Shown: piece after piece, positions 41,041-53,089 of the stretch
Numbering within the stretch: position 1 is the first letter of the stretch
Layout of the letters: each line of letters opens with the position of its first letter
Assembly: GCA_963844035.1 (NCBI GenBank)
Contig: CAWJMT010000032.1
Coordinates: 1 to 64,000 of the forward strand
Length of the DNA: 64,000 nt
Direction of reading: 5' to 3'
Source: an uncultured Gemmatimonadales bacterium
GTDB lineage: Bacteria; Gemmatimonadota; Gemmatimonadetes; Gemmatimonadales; GWC2-71-9
Program-made: the position numbers and the translations under genes
The notes under the pieces: generated by a model
Seen by the model: only the letters and a program-made list of their open reading frames with translations
Databases searched by the model: none
What the model was told of the DNA's origin: nothing

Positions 41041-43773
41041 AACCGCGCCGGGAAATCCGATTCACGGAGAAGGACGCCGCACTGCGGGACGACGTTCGCA
41101 CGCTCGGCGCGCTGGTGGGTGATGTGATTCGCGAGCAGGGCGGTGAGGCGCTGTTCCAGGCGGTCGAGACGGCGCGCGTCGCCGCCATCCGCCGGCGTGA
41201 AGAGGAAGACGGGGGCGAAGCGGAGCTCGAAGCCACCGTCGGCGCGCTCGAGCCCAAGGCGGCAGGTGAGCTGGTCCACGCCTTCGCGACGTACTTCGAG
41301 GTCGTGAATCTGGCGGAGCGGGTCCACCGCATTCGCCGGCGCCGCGACTATCTGCGTGGTGCCGGGACGGCGGGAACCGCGGCTCCTCCCCAGGAAGGCA
41401 GTCTCGAAGACACGTTGCGCCGCTTGGCCGCCGCGGGACTCGGTCCCCCCGAGGTGCGCCGGCTGCTCGAGCGCCTGCGGTTCGAGCCGGTCTTCACCGC
41501 CCATCCGACGCAAGCCACGCGCCGCACGCTGCTCGAGAAACAACAGACCATCAGCCGGCTGCTCGTCCGGCGGCTCGACCCGTCCTTCACACCCGACGAG
41601 GAGCGGGCCACGCTCGCTCAAATCCGTGAAGAGATCACGGTGGCGTGGCAGACCGAGGCGCAACGCGCCCAGCGCCCCACCGTGCTGGACGAGCTCGATC
41701 ACGTCCTGTTCTTCGTGACCGACGTCGTGTATCGCGTGGTGCCGCCGTTCTACGAGGAGTTGGAGGACGCGCTCGGCGCGGTGTACGGACCCGCTGGAAA
41801 GGACATTCCGGTCCCTCCCATCCTGCGGTTCGCATCGTGGGTGGGCGGGGACATGGACGGGAACCCCAACGTCAACGCCGACACGATCCGGGCCGCGCTG
41901 GCCCGCCACCGGGCGCTGGTCCTCGAGCGCCATCAGCGAGAGACGCTGCAGCTCGCGCAGCGACTCACCCAGACCCGCTCGCGTGTGGGTGTGGACGATG
42001 CCGTGTTCGAGCGCACATCCGACTACGCGCTACTCTTTCCCGCCGCGATCGAAGCGATGCCAACGCGCTATCGCGACATGCCGTATCGAATGTTGCTGCG
42101 GCTCATGGCCGCCCGGCTGGGCTCCACCCTGAACGACGAAGCAAACGCGTACCGCGGCCCCGACGAGTTTGCCGACGATCTCCGCCTCGTGACGGCAAGT
42201 CTCGGCGCGCCACGGCGGTATCCACGCGGGACTGTTCAGTGTGCGGCGTCTGCTGCGGAGGGTCGAGACCTTCGGCTTTCACCTTGCGGCGCTCGACGTG
42301 CGACAGGACGCGTTGACCCACCGCATGGCGACAGGCCGTCTGCTCGGCGACCCTGGCTGGCTCGAACGCACCAGCGCGGAGCGGGCGGCTCGGATACGGC
42401 GCGCGCTGGCCGGCCGCGAACCACCCGCTGTGGCGCCGGACGAAGACGCCGCGCGTCTGCTCGCCGTGTTCCGGGCGATCGCGGAGTGCCGGACGCGCTA
42501 CGGTCCCAACGCGATCGGCCCCCACGTCGTCAGCATGGCGCAGGGGGAGGACGACGTGCTCACCGTCCTGCTGCTCGCGCAGTGGGGCGGGCTCGGCGTG
42601 AACGGACACGTGCCGCTCGACGTCGCCCCGCTGTTCGAGAGCGGCGATGACCTCGCGGCAGCGCCGCAGGTGCTGGCCGCGCTCCTGGCTGACGCGGCGT
42701 ACCGCAGCCACCTCGAACGCCGCGACCGCCGCCAGGTGGTGATGATCGGGTATTCCGACAGCAACAAGGACACCGGCATCGCGGCATCGCGCTGGGCGCT
42801 GCAACGGGCGCAGGCGGCGCTGGCCGCGACGTTCGAGACGTCCGGCGTCGATCTCACGATCTTCCACGGGCGCGGCGGAAGTGTGAGCCGTGGCGGCGGT
42901 AAACTCGCACGCGCGATTCTCAGCTCACCCCCGGGCACCGTGCGCGGCCGCCTGCGCGTCACAGAGCAGGGCGAGGCGATCAACGCGAACTACGGACTCC
43001 GGGCGATCGCGCTGCGCACGCTCGAGCAGGCGGTGGGCGCCATCGCGCTCGCCACCGCGCTCCCCGCGCCGGTTGACGCGCGCGCCGCACGTTGGAGCAG
43101 CGTGATGGACGAAATCGCCGCGTCGAGCCAGGGCGCCTACCGCGCCCTGGTGTACGATGATCCGCGCTTCGTCGAGTACTTCCGGCTGGCGACGCCGATC
43201 GATGTGATCGAGCGGATGCCCATCGGTTCGCGGCCGCCGGCGCGCCGCGCAGGCTCAGGAATCCACCAACTGCGCGCTATTCCCTGGGTCTTTGCGTGGA
43301 CGCAGAGCCGCCAGGTGTTGCCGGGCTGGTACGGCGTCGGGATCGCGCTCGAGCAGGCAGTCGCCCGCCACGGCGAGACGCTCGTGACCGAGATGTTGCG
43401 GGGCTGGCCGTTCCTCAGGGCGTTGGTGGACGACATCGAGATGGTGCTCGCCAAGGCCGACATGGGCATCGCAGCGCGCTACGCGCGGCTGGCGGGATCG
43501 CTCGAGCCTGTCTACTTCCCGGGGATTCGGGCTGAGTTCGAACGCACGGTCGAGTGGGTATTGCGGCTCAAGGGGACGACCGCGTTGCTGGACGAAGATC
43601 CCGCGCTCCAGCGCTCGATCCGGCTGCGCAATCCGTACGTGGACCCGATGAGCCTGCTGCAGGTGGAGCTGCTCGGCCGTTGGCGCGCGGCCGGGCGCCC
43701 GGACGACGATCTGTTCGAGGCGCTGCTGGCCACCGTGCGCGGGATCGCTCAGGGGTTACAGAACACCGGCTAG
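41037..43773 (+). CDS. ppc: Phosphoenolpyruvate carboxylase (frameshift ~42210; start codon not visible)
   Basis: VFTAHPT, SWVGGDMDGNP, VMIGYSDSNKD, FHGRGGSVSRGG, TEQGE, LRAIPWVFAWTQSR, GLQNTG*. Confidence 0.96.
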
Positions 43774-43777
43774 CGCC

Positions 43778-46104
43778 TCACCACCGCTCCATGTTCACGT
43801 CAGCCAGGACACCGTGCAGCTCGTTGAACTTCACGTCCCGGGCCGGAGCCGGCAGGAGCGGGCTGGTGTACTCCGCCTGCGTGCCGCGCACATCAACGCG
43901 GAAATGCGCGAAGCGCTGCTCTCCCAAATCGACCGACACGACGACCGGCATCCGGAAGTCGGGGGGCACGTTCTGCTGGGAGACGCGCAACCGCACGGCG
44001 TACTTGCCGCCGCTCGCCGGCTCGTTGGTCCACGCCACGCGGTATGCTGGGATCCCCGTCCCCTTCACCCACTGGTCGAAAAACCAGTCCATCGGTATGC
44101 CGACGTGCTGCTCGACGACCCTCTGGAAATCCTCCGTCGTGGCAGGTTTACCGCGGTACGACATGTAGTAGTCGCGCATCATCGCCGTAAAGCGATCCTC
44201 GCTCTTCGTTCTGAGATCGAGCATCAGGATGCGGAGCATATGAAAGACCCATGCGCCTTTTTCGTAGATCATGACGGCGTACCCCGCCTCGTATACGGTG
44301 GCCGATCCAGATCGGGCCGGTCGTCGTCGCGTGCCGACCTTGAGATTCGCCTTGTACCGGTCGAGAAACTTGAAGTACTCGTCGTTGTGCTTGCGCTCGG
44401 ACTGCAGGTACCACAGGCCGGAGAACGATGCCAATCCTTCGGTCAACCACACGTCGCGATAGGACGCCGGGCTGCACGCCGTTGCCCCACCATTGGTGCG
44501 CCACTTCGTGCGCCCGGAAGAATTCGTCGAAGCCGTCGAATTCGGTTGTCTGGAACGTGCGTCCAGGACAGATCGATCATACCGGGAAAGGACACACCCT
44601 CGCCGAAGGGAATTTCGGTCACATAAAAGTGGTGGTAGAAGCAGTCGCCGAAGAGATGCGTGAACAGCTTCAGGCTGTTCGCCACGTCCTGCGGACGTTC
44701 TCACGCTGCCTCAGCATGTCTCTCTGCTGACGGCAGTCCGAGCGCGCGATGCGCCTTCTCGGAGATCAGCACGTCGAGCGGCGGAGCGCCCGGCAGCTGC
44801 GTGTGGTAGCTCTCGAACAGGCCAAGGTTGAACGTGGCGAAGGGCGTCGGCAGCCGCGTGATCCAACGCGTCGTGAGGACCTTGCCGGCTGACGGTGGAA
44901 TCGGTGCGTTCGCCGACGCTCGCGAGCGGATACCAGCTCGGGGAGTGACATACGTGACGTCGAAGTTCGCGAGGTTCTCGCCCTGCCCGTTTCTCGGATA
45001 CCACGCGGCTCCGGGGTCGATGAAGAACCAGTCACCGTACGCGGTCGATCAGGTCACCGTGATCGGCCGTGGTAGGAGAGTCGTGAGACGCAGGGAGTCG
45101 CCGGTTCGAGCCGGCGCGGAGCGCGCACCCAGACGTCACGGCTGTCGTTCGCTTTGAAGACCGTTGGCGGGCTGCGCCCGACCCCAGCGGGCCGAGTCCA
45201 CCAGCACGTTTCGAATGGAGCGCGAAGAGCAGCCATGGTCCGACAGGCTCATTCGGCTCTCAGAGCCAGGGTCGCGCTTGCGGCGAAATCGAGGTCGGCG
45301 CGCGAAGGTCGGCGTGAGACGAACGTCCATCCGGTAGCTCGGCACGCTCAGCCGCTGGCGATATGCCCAGGATTCCGCCGTGCCCGGGAGAGGCTGCCTG
45401 CAGCAGGGGAACTGTGGTCACGACCGCCCAGGTTCCGCCCCACTCAGCGTCCGGCGCACGGGGCGGATCAGCTGCACGGCCTCGTCTTCCGTCGGGATCG
45501 ATCTCGAACAGCACGGGCCGCCTTCGCGTCCGCTCCAGGCGCGCGAGGAAGAAACCCGTGGCCTCGCCGTTCAGCAACGGGCCGATCACGTCGCTTCGGA
45601 GCGAGCCCTCCTTGCCTCCTCGAGCGAGTTGAGCAGGTCGTGCACGTGGTCCGCAGGTCTGCCGGTGCGGCACCCCGGGGCGAAAGGCAAGCGCGCCTAG
45701 CTGATCCGCCGTCGAGTCGGCGAAGAACAGAATCGCTTCAGAGAATGCGTCGTCGAGCGTCGGGGAGCCGGCGAACGCGCTGGAGCTCGGCCTGCTCGAC
45801 CGGACTCCGGCGGCGTGAACCGGAACCGGCCCCGGCCCTGAAACACCGCAGCCACCGTGCGGCCGGCGACGTGGCGCGAGCAGGATACAATCCCGTGCTC
45901 GAGGGTGAGCTGGCCTGCGTCCCGCGTGAGAACCAGGTGATCGACAGTGGCGACCTGGGCGCCGGACGCGCCGAGCTGCATGACTTCGCGGTGGCGCTCG
46001 AGATATGTCGCTGCCGGAGACGGTGGGTCGGATGCCGGACTCTGAGCACCAGAGCACAACGGGACACAACGATCGGGAGAGCGCGCGGCTAGGAGAGCGC
46101 GCAT
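43778..46104 (-). CDS. M1 family aminopeptidase-like protein (heavily frameshifted)
   Basis: HEVAHQWWG at ~44485-44512, WLTEGLA, YEKGAWVFHMLR, WFFDQW. Confidence 0.8.
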
Positions 46105-46230
46105 AATCACCTCGCCTGAGGTATCGGGCCGTGGAGGCGGAGCTAGCAGCAACGCCGTCGCGGCAAACGGGGTAGCGCTGGCGCGTTAGATTTCTCCTCG
46201 CATACCACCGTCCACTCTAAAGGAGTCATC

Positions 46231-47183
46231 ATGGCCGACAAGAAAATCATCGCGGTACGTCGGGGCCACCGGCGCCCAGGGCGGCGGCCTGGTCCGCGCC
46301 ATCCTGAACGACAAGGGCGGCCCGTTCACGGCGCGCGCGCTGACGCGTGACGTCAACTCGGCCAAGGCGAAGGCGCTGGCGGCGTTGGGCGCCGAGGTCG
46401 TCGCCGCGAACGTGGACGACCGGGGAGTCCTTGAAGCGCGCATTCGCCGGTGCGCACGGCGCCTTCTGCGTCACCTTTTTCTGGGATCACTTCTCCCCCG
46501 AGAAAGAGGTCGCGGAGGCCCGCACCATGGCGCAGGCAGCCAAGCACGCCGGCGTCAGTCACGTGATCTGGTCCACGCTGGAAGACACCCGCAAGTTCGT
46601 GCCGCTCAGCGACAACCGCATGCCGACGCTCCAGGGCAAGTACAAGGTGCCGCATTTCGACGGCAAGGGAGAAGGCAACGCGGCGTTCACCGAGGCGGGC
46701 GTACCGACCACGTTCCTGCTGGCGTCGTTCTACTGGGAGAACATGATCTACTTCGGCTCGGGCCCAAAGAAGGGCCCGGACGGCACGCTGGCGCTCACGT
46801 TCCCCATGGGCAACGAGAAGCTCGCCGGCATCGCAGCCGAAGACATCGGCAAGTGCGCGTACGGCATTTTCAAGAAGGGCCGTGAGCTGATCGGTAAGTC
46901 GATCGGCATTGCGGGCGAGCAGTTGACGTGCGCGCAAATGGCGGCGGCGCTCACGCGGGCACTCGGGAGAGAGGTGCGCTACAACGACGTGCCGCCGGAA
47001 GTGTACCGCGGATTCGGCTTTCCGGGGGCTGACGATATCGGCAACATGTTCCAGTTCTATCGCGACTTCGCCAAGGTGGTCAACACCGCACGCAGCCCCG
47101 ATGTCGCCCGCAGTCTCAACCCGGCGCTCCAAGACTTCGACGCGTGGCTCGCAGTGAATAAGGGGCGCATCCCGCTCGAGTAG
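46231..47183 (+). CDS. NmrA/HSCARG family NAD(P)-binding protein (frameshifted)
   Basis: AAGGAG RBS; GATGAQGG, ALTR, VPHFDGK, EDIGK. Confidence 0.9.
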
Positions 47184-47256
47184 AGGAGTCCCTCGGGAGT
47201 TGGGACCGCGCCCGCCACGTCGTATGTTGTCATAACTCGAACGGCGGGCGGCACGG

Positions 47257-49246
47257 GTGGAGCAGCTCCTCGTCCTGAAGGACCTCGCAGTCATCTTCGC
47301 GATCTCCATGGTCGTGATCCTCGCATTCCACCGCTTCAAGATTCCCGCCCTCCCCGGATTCATCGTGGCCGGAGTGCTCGTCGGCCCGCACGCGCTCGGA
47401 CTGGTGTCGGACGTGCATCGCGTGGAAAGCCTCGCCGAGGTCGGGGTGATCCTGCTGCTGTTCACCATCGGCATCGAGTTCTCGCTCAGCCGCTTGCGCG
47501 AGATGAGGAGTCAGGCCCTGGTGGGTGGGGGCCTGCAGGTGGGGCTGACGGTCGCCGCGGTCGCCGCGCTCGCCGTCGGCTTCGGGCAGCGCTGGCAGGT
47601 CGCCGTGTTTCTCGGCTGCCTGGTCGCGCTCTCCTCGACCGCGCTCGTGTTGAAGGGGCTCACCGACAAGGGCGACATCGACACGCCGCACGGCCGGCTC
47701 GCCACCGGCATCCTGATCTTCCAGGACCTGTGCGTCGTTCCAATCATGCTGCTATTGCCGTTCCTCGCGGGGCGCGGCAGCGGCGGCGCGGCCGGGCTGG
47801 CGCTCGCGCTGCTCAAGGCCGTCGCCATCGTGGTCGCGGTCGCCGTGGTGGCCCGCACGCTCGTGCCCCGCCTCATGGCCGAGATCGTCAAGACGCGCAG
47901 CCGCGAGCTGTTTCTCATCGCGGTCATCCTGCTCGGCACGCTCACCGCGCTTGCGACGGCCCAAGCCGGCGCCTCGCTCGCGCTCGGCGCGTTCCTCGCA
48001 GGACTCGTCATTTCCGAGTCGGACTACGGCCATCAGGCCCTCGCCGAGCTGCTCCCGTTCCGCGACGTGTTCATCTCGTTGTTTTTCGTGGCGGTCGGCA
48101 TGCTGGTGGAATTCGACTTCATCCGCGATCACCCGGCGCTCACGCTGTCCGGGGTCGCCCTGGTGCTCGGGGGTAAGACCGTCGCCGCCGCCGCGGGGCC
48201 GGCGGTGCTGGGCTACGCCGGCCGGGTGGCACTGCTCGCCGGGCTGCTCGTGTCGCAGATCGGGGAGTTCTCCTTCGTGCTCGCGAAAGAGGGACGCGCG
48301 CTCGCGTTGATCCCCGAGGCGATGTACCAGGGGTTTCTCGCGATCGCCGTGTTCACCATGATCGTCACGCCGTTTCTGCTCCAGAGCGGCGGGCAGCTGG
48401 TCGGGGTGCTCGAGCGGGTGCTGCCGCTCGACCGCATGTTGCCGGGATTCCGCGCGCCGAGCATCAGCGCCGCCGAGCAGCCGCTCACCGACCACGTCAT
48501 CGTCGCCGGCTACGGCCTGAACGGTCGCAACCTTGCGGCGGCGCTGCGCTCGATCCAGGCGCCGTACCTGATCGTCGAGCTGAACGCGCAGACGGTGCGC
48601 CAGGCACGGGACCGCGGCGAGACGGCGTTCTACGGCGACGCGACCCGGGAAGAGATCCTGCGGGCGCTCGGCGTGGAGCGGGCCCGGATGCTGGTGGCCG
48701 CGATCTCCGACGCGGCAGCCACGCGCCGCATGGTGCGCGTCGCCCGCGCCCTGAACCCGGCGCTGCACATCATCGCCCGCACACGCTACGTGGTCGAGAT
48801 CCCCGAGCTGATCCGCCTGGGCGCGAACGACGTCATCCCGGAAGAGTTCGAGACGTCGATCGAGATCTTCGCCCGGGTGCTCGCGCACTACGGCGTGGCG
48901 CCGAGCGAGGTGGACCGGCTGGTCCATCAGATCCGCGCGTCGCACTATCAGGCGTTGCGGGGCGGCATCCAGCCGACGCTCGGCACCGTGGCCGGAGTTC
49001 CGCGGATGGCGATGGAGCGCATCCGCCTCCCCGCCGACTCGGGGATGGTCGGCAAGACGATCGCGCAAAGCGCGCTCCGCACCAAGACCGGCGCGCTCAT
49101 CCTCTCGGTGCGCCGAGGCACGGACGACATCGCCACTCCTGACGCGGAATTCCAACTCGCCGCGGACGATGTGCTGGTCGTGGTCGGCCAGCCCGACCAG
49201 GTCCGGGCGAGCCACGGAGCTGATCACCAGGCCCCGGTCGCTGTGA
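47257..49246 (+). CDS. CPA2 cation:proton antiporter with RCK-N and RCK-C domains (KefB/KefC-like)
   Basis: LLFTIGIEFS, ALSSTA, LIFQDL, GAFLAG, QIGEFSFVL, AGYGLNG, YGDAT; likely stop 49244-49246 after indel. Confidence 0.9.
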
Positions 49247-49783
49247 CAGACGGACCCATCACGGATCTCGAGCGACCGGCGCGCAAGGCCCTCACGGTCG
49301 GGCTGGCGTTGTACGGCGCGTTTCTCGCGTTCAACCCCGAGCACTACAGTCTGGTGGACTCGCTCGACCTCGCGATCCACGAGGCCGGCCACCCGCTGTT
49401 CGGCATCTTCGGCGAATTCATCGGGTTCGCCGGCGGCACGCTGATGCAACTGCTCGTCCCCGCCGTGTTTCTCGGCTACTTCTGGCGCCGCGCCGACCGC
49501 CACGCGGCCACGGTCATGCTGTGGTGGATCGCGCAGAACTGCTGGAACATCTCCCGGTACATCGCCGACGCCCAAGCCCAGGACCTGCCGCTCGTGGGCG
49601 GCGGTGAGCACGACTGGGCCTACCTGCTCGGCGAGCTGGGCCTGTTGCGGCAGGATCGCGCGATCGCCGGCGCGGTCCGGTTCGTTGGCGTGTTCCTCTT
49701 CATTGTGTCCTGCCTGTGGGGCTGGATCTACGCCTCGGCCAAGACGGAGCCTGGGGCGCCGGCCGAGAGCGCGGCACGACTGA
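49243..49783 (+). CDS. Membrane protein with HExGH motif (end uncertain)
   Basis: IHEAGH.LF..FGEF....GGTL.QL, YIADA...LPL.GGGEHDW.YLL. Confidence 0.7.
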
Positions 49784-49828
49784 CGGCGCTACTGGCGAGC
49801 GCCCGGGTTCGTGCGACATTTCACCAGG

Positions 49829-50299
49829 ATGACCACCCGATGGATCGTCGCCGCGCTGCATCTCCTGGCGCTCGGCATCGGACTCGGCGCCGTCTGGGCC
49901 CGGGGGCGGGCGTTCCAGGGTTCGCTCGATACCGCGGGGCTGCGCCGCACCTTCGCCGCGGACACGTGGTGGGGCATCGCCGCGGGCGTCTGGATCACGA
50001 CGGGACTGGCGCGCGCCTTTGGAGGCTTGGAGAAGGGCGCGGCGTACTACCTGCACAACCATGTCTTCTGGGTCAAGATGGCCCTGCTCTGCCTCATCCT
50101 CGTGCTCGAAGTCGTGCCCATGCTGACCCTGATCCGCTGGCGCGTGTTGCTCGGGCGGGGAGAGCACCCCGACACCGGTATGGCGCCGCGGCTCGCCACG
50201 ATCAGCTACGTCGAGGCGGTGCTCGTCGTGCTCATGGTCCTCGCCGCCACTGCGATGGCGCGAGGCTACGGAGCGAATGGAACCGTTTCGCACGTCTGA
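49829..50299 (+). CDS. DUF2214 family membrane protein
   Basis: HLLAL, D..WGIAA...TG..R, KG..YY..N..FW.KM, A.AMARG. Confidence 0.85.
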   Translation: MTTRWIVAALHLLALGIGLGAVWARGRAFQGSLDTAGLRRTFAADTWWGIAAGVWITTGLARAFGGLEKGAAYYLHNHVFWVKMALLCLILVLEVVPMLTLIRWRVLLGRGEHPDTGMAPRLATISYVEAVLVVLMVLAATAMARGYGANGTVSHV

Positions 50300-50313
50300 G
50301 CCGTATAGCAAGC

Positions 50314-50815
50314 ATGTTCGCGATTCGCCCCGCCGATTCCCCAGCCGAGATCGCGACCGTACGCACCTTGTTCCGCGAGTACGCCGATTCGCTCGGGATC
50401 GATCTCTGTTTTCAGGATTTCGAGACGGAGCTACTGACCCTCCCTGGCGCATATGCACGCCCTGCGGGCGCTCTGCTCCTCGCCGAGCGAGCTGGGGAAG
50501 CGGTCGGGTGTGTCGCGCTGCGGCCGCTCGAGCCGCCGACGATCGCGGAGCTCAAGCGGTTGTACGTGCGACCCGCCGCGCGGGGAACGGGCCTCGGAAG
50601 AACGCTCACCGAAGCGGCGCTCGTGCTGGCGCGTCGAAGCGGGGTACGCGCACATCCGTCTCGATACGCTCCCTTCAATGACGGCCGCTCAGGCCCTGTA
50701 CCGGCACCTCGGCTTTCGCGAGGTGGCGCCATATCGCGTGAATCCGATCCCCGGCGCTCTCTATATGGAGCTCCACGGCCGATGCGCCGTGCGCCACGAT
50801 CGGCGTCGGGTATGA
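50314..50815 (+). CDS. GNAT acetyltransferase (frameshift ~50640; aberrant C-terminus)
   Basis: [44 protein letters not shown]. Confidence 0.9.
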
Positions 50816-50975
50816 CCTGAATGTGCACTCTCGGGTCTCACCGATTCTGTGGATCAACGTCCTGGCGAGCTCCACCGTGGCGCTGGACTATCACTCGGTT
50901 TGGTTCCAGCCGCCCTCGCCCCCTGATATCAGCGTCAACCTCGTCCAGGGCGGCCTAGCAGTCACTTGGCACTAG
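50768..50975 (+). pseudogene. Headless 3' remnant of an outer-membrane beta-barrel gene paralogous to 51961..52567
   Basis: Open frame 50775-50975: [29 protein letters not shown]...NLVQGGLAVTWH*. Confidence 0.7.
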
Positions 50976-50999
50976 GTGCCCGATGGAGTGTGATCTCTC

Positions 51000-51361
51000 A
51001 TGATGCTCGGACTGCGAACCGCCATCTACCACGTCCCCGACCTCGCGAAGGCCAAGGCCTGGTATCGCGACGCGTTCGGCGTCATGCCGTACTTCGACGC
51101 GCCTTACTACGTCGGCTTCAACATCGGAGGGTTCGAGCTGGGGCTCAATCCCGACACCAAGACGATCGCGCCCGGTGCGCGCGGCGTGGTCGCGTACTGG
51201 GGCGTGGTCGACGTGAACGGCACCGTGGACAACTCGCGGGCCTGGGTGGGACGGTGCTCGAGCCGGCGCGCGACGTGGGCGATGGCATCGTCGTGGCAAC
51301 CGTCGCCGATCCGTTCGGCAACCCGATCGGGTTGATCCACAACCCGCACTTCAAGCAGTGA
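51000..51361 (+). CDS. VOC/glyoxalase family protein (frameshifted)
   Basis: IYHVPDL.KAK.WY, YWGV.D, DVGDG, DPFGNPIGLI.NP. Confidence 0.88.
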
Positions 51362-51861
51362 AACCGGTCGGCGACGTCATCGCGGCGCTCGAGCGCGCGC
51401 CCGCGATCGTGATTCCGCTGGTGCGTCAGGCCGATCCCGCGGTGCTCAAGCGGCGGCCGCCGTCGGGGAAATGGTCGATCCACGAGCACGCCTGTCACCT
51501 GGCCGTGGTCAACCCGCGGTTCATGCAACGACTCGAGTTGATGCTCACACAGGACAATCCGGCGATCAAGGGCTACGAGCCCGGACGGGACGATCCCGAT
51601 GATGCGATGCTGAAGTTGGACCTCGACGAGGCGCTCGACCAGTTCGCGCGCGACCGCGCCGCCATGGTCGCGAGGCTGCGCACGCTCGGGCCGCGGGATT
51701 GGGACCGAAAAGGGAACCACGACGAATACAACTCGTACTCGGTGTACATCATGTTCCGCCACGTGGCGCTGCACGATTTTTTGCACGCGTACCGCATCGA
51801 GGAGCTGGTGTTGCGCCTCGACTGGCCGGCACCATCCGACCTGGACTTGATGAGGGGATAG
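51358..51861 (+). CDS. DinB family protein
   Basis: RP..GKWSIHEHACHL, H...HD..H. Confidence 0.85.
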   Translation: MKPVGDVIAALERAPAIVIPLVRQADPAVLKRRPPSGKWSIHEHACHLAVVNPRFMQRLELMLTQDNPAIKGYEPGRDDPDDAMLKLDLDEALDQFARDRAAMVARLRTLGPRDWDRKGNHDEYNSYSVYIMFRHVALHDFLHAYRIEELVLRLDWPAPSDLDLMRG

Positions 51862-51960
51862 CATCAGGAATCGCCTGACAACTGGCCCTCCCGCATGTCC
51901 TTTTGCTTATGTTGGGTGGGTGGCCTGTCTCAGGATTCCCACTCGGCAGCGAGGTCTCCA

Positions 51961-52567
51961 ATGCGCGCACTGATCGTCGTCGCCACACTCCTGGCTTGTG
52001 CGGGCAACGCGGTGCACGCTCAATCCAAGCCCAACGATCGCAAGGGGTTCTGGATCGGTCTTCGGACTGGGGGGCGGGTCACCTAGGATTCGACTGTGAC
52101 CTGTGCAGCGACGAACGGTCAAGGGCGGTACCGGCTATCTCCGACTCGGCGGCACCCTGATCGCGCACTTCCTCCTCGGGGTCGAGACCAACTGGTGGGT
52201 GAACTCACCGGACATCATCGTTTTCAGACGGATCGATCACCACCTGAACGAAGCCACCGGGTTTGGTTCGTCGTGCCCTCTGGTACCCGAGCGCGACGGG
52301 CGCATTTTACCTGAAGGTCGGTCTCGGCGGGATGACGTATGCCGCGGCTTTGGACGATGGCGGGGATGAGCTCGACGGCGACGGCGCCGAGCTATCTCGC
52401 TTGGCGCCGGATACGAGTTCCGCGTGGGCCGCAACATGTCTCTGGTCCCCTACATGAACACCCTGGCCAGCTCATCCGTGGCAGTGCACAGCGGAGGCGT
52501 CTCGGTCGACACAGACTTCACCGTCTGAACATCTTCGAACTCGGGCCTCGGCCTCACCTGGCACTAG
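51961..52567 (+). CDS. Outer membrane beta-barrel protein (frameshifted)
   Basis: Signal peptide, RKGFWIG, GYLRLGGT, WYPS, GAGYEF, GLTWH*. Confidence 0.7.
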
Positions 52568-52618
52568 GATGTGAGGGCCGATCTGCACCGGTTGGCCGGG
52601 AAGCGTGTATCAAGAACC

Positions 52619-53014
52619 ATGCGTTTGGCGATTCTTGGCCTCATTGCGGTCCTCGCGGGATGTAATTCCGCCGCCGCGCCCGGTTTGGGCGACGAATTCA
52701 CGCTGCGCGTCGGTGAAAGCGCCGCGATCACCGAGCTGGGCCTGTGGATGCGGTTCCACCGGGTGGTCGACGACTCGCGCTGCCCGACGGGCGTCGTCTG
52801 CGTTTGGGAAGGCGACGGCGCCGTCCTGCTGGAGATCGCGCCCCTGAACGGCGATTCCAAAGAGAGCGTGCTACACACCAGCGTCGAGCCACATGCCATC
52901 CCGGTCGGCCGCGCGGAGCTGCGCCTCGTGAAGCTCGACCCCTACCCTGCGGCGCCCGGATCCATTGATCCCGCTGCCTACGTCGTGACGCTCACCACGC
53001 GGCTGGTCCCCTGA
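52619..53014 (+). CDS. Lipoprotein (conserved hypothetical)
   Basis: LAGC lipobox; DSRCP.GV.CVWEG; L.PYP. Confidence 0.75.
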   Translation: MRLAILGLIAVLAGCNSAAAPGLGDEFTLRVGESAAITELGLWMRFHRVVDDSRCPTGVVCVWEGDGAVLLEIAPLNGDSKESVLHTSVEPHAIPVGRAELRLVKLDPYPAAPGSIDPAAYVVTLTTRLVP

Positions 53015-53089
53015 GCTACCCGGCGCCCTAGCGGCTGCCCGGTTCCGCTGCATTTTCAGCAACCCCCAACGAATAACGGAGACGGTGCG

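Noticed and set aside
40137..42650. Apparent MTHFR-PEP carboxylase fusion
   Set aside because: A plausible conserved YitJ C-terminus and TAG (41038-41040) exist in another frame after an indel near 40957
47257..50820. 1187-aa ORF appearing to fuse antiporter, membrane protein and GNAT
   Set aside because: It passes through an out-of-frame DUF2214 gene; best explained by indels at gene ends joining four separate genes
1..52600. Numerous frameshifts read as programmed frameshifting or mass pseudogenisation
   Set aside because: They hit housekeeping genes at scattered positions, often compensate each other and lack slippery motifs; typical of long-read consensus error
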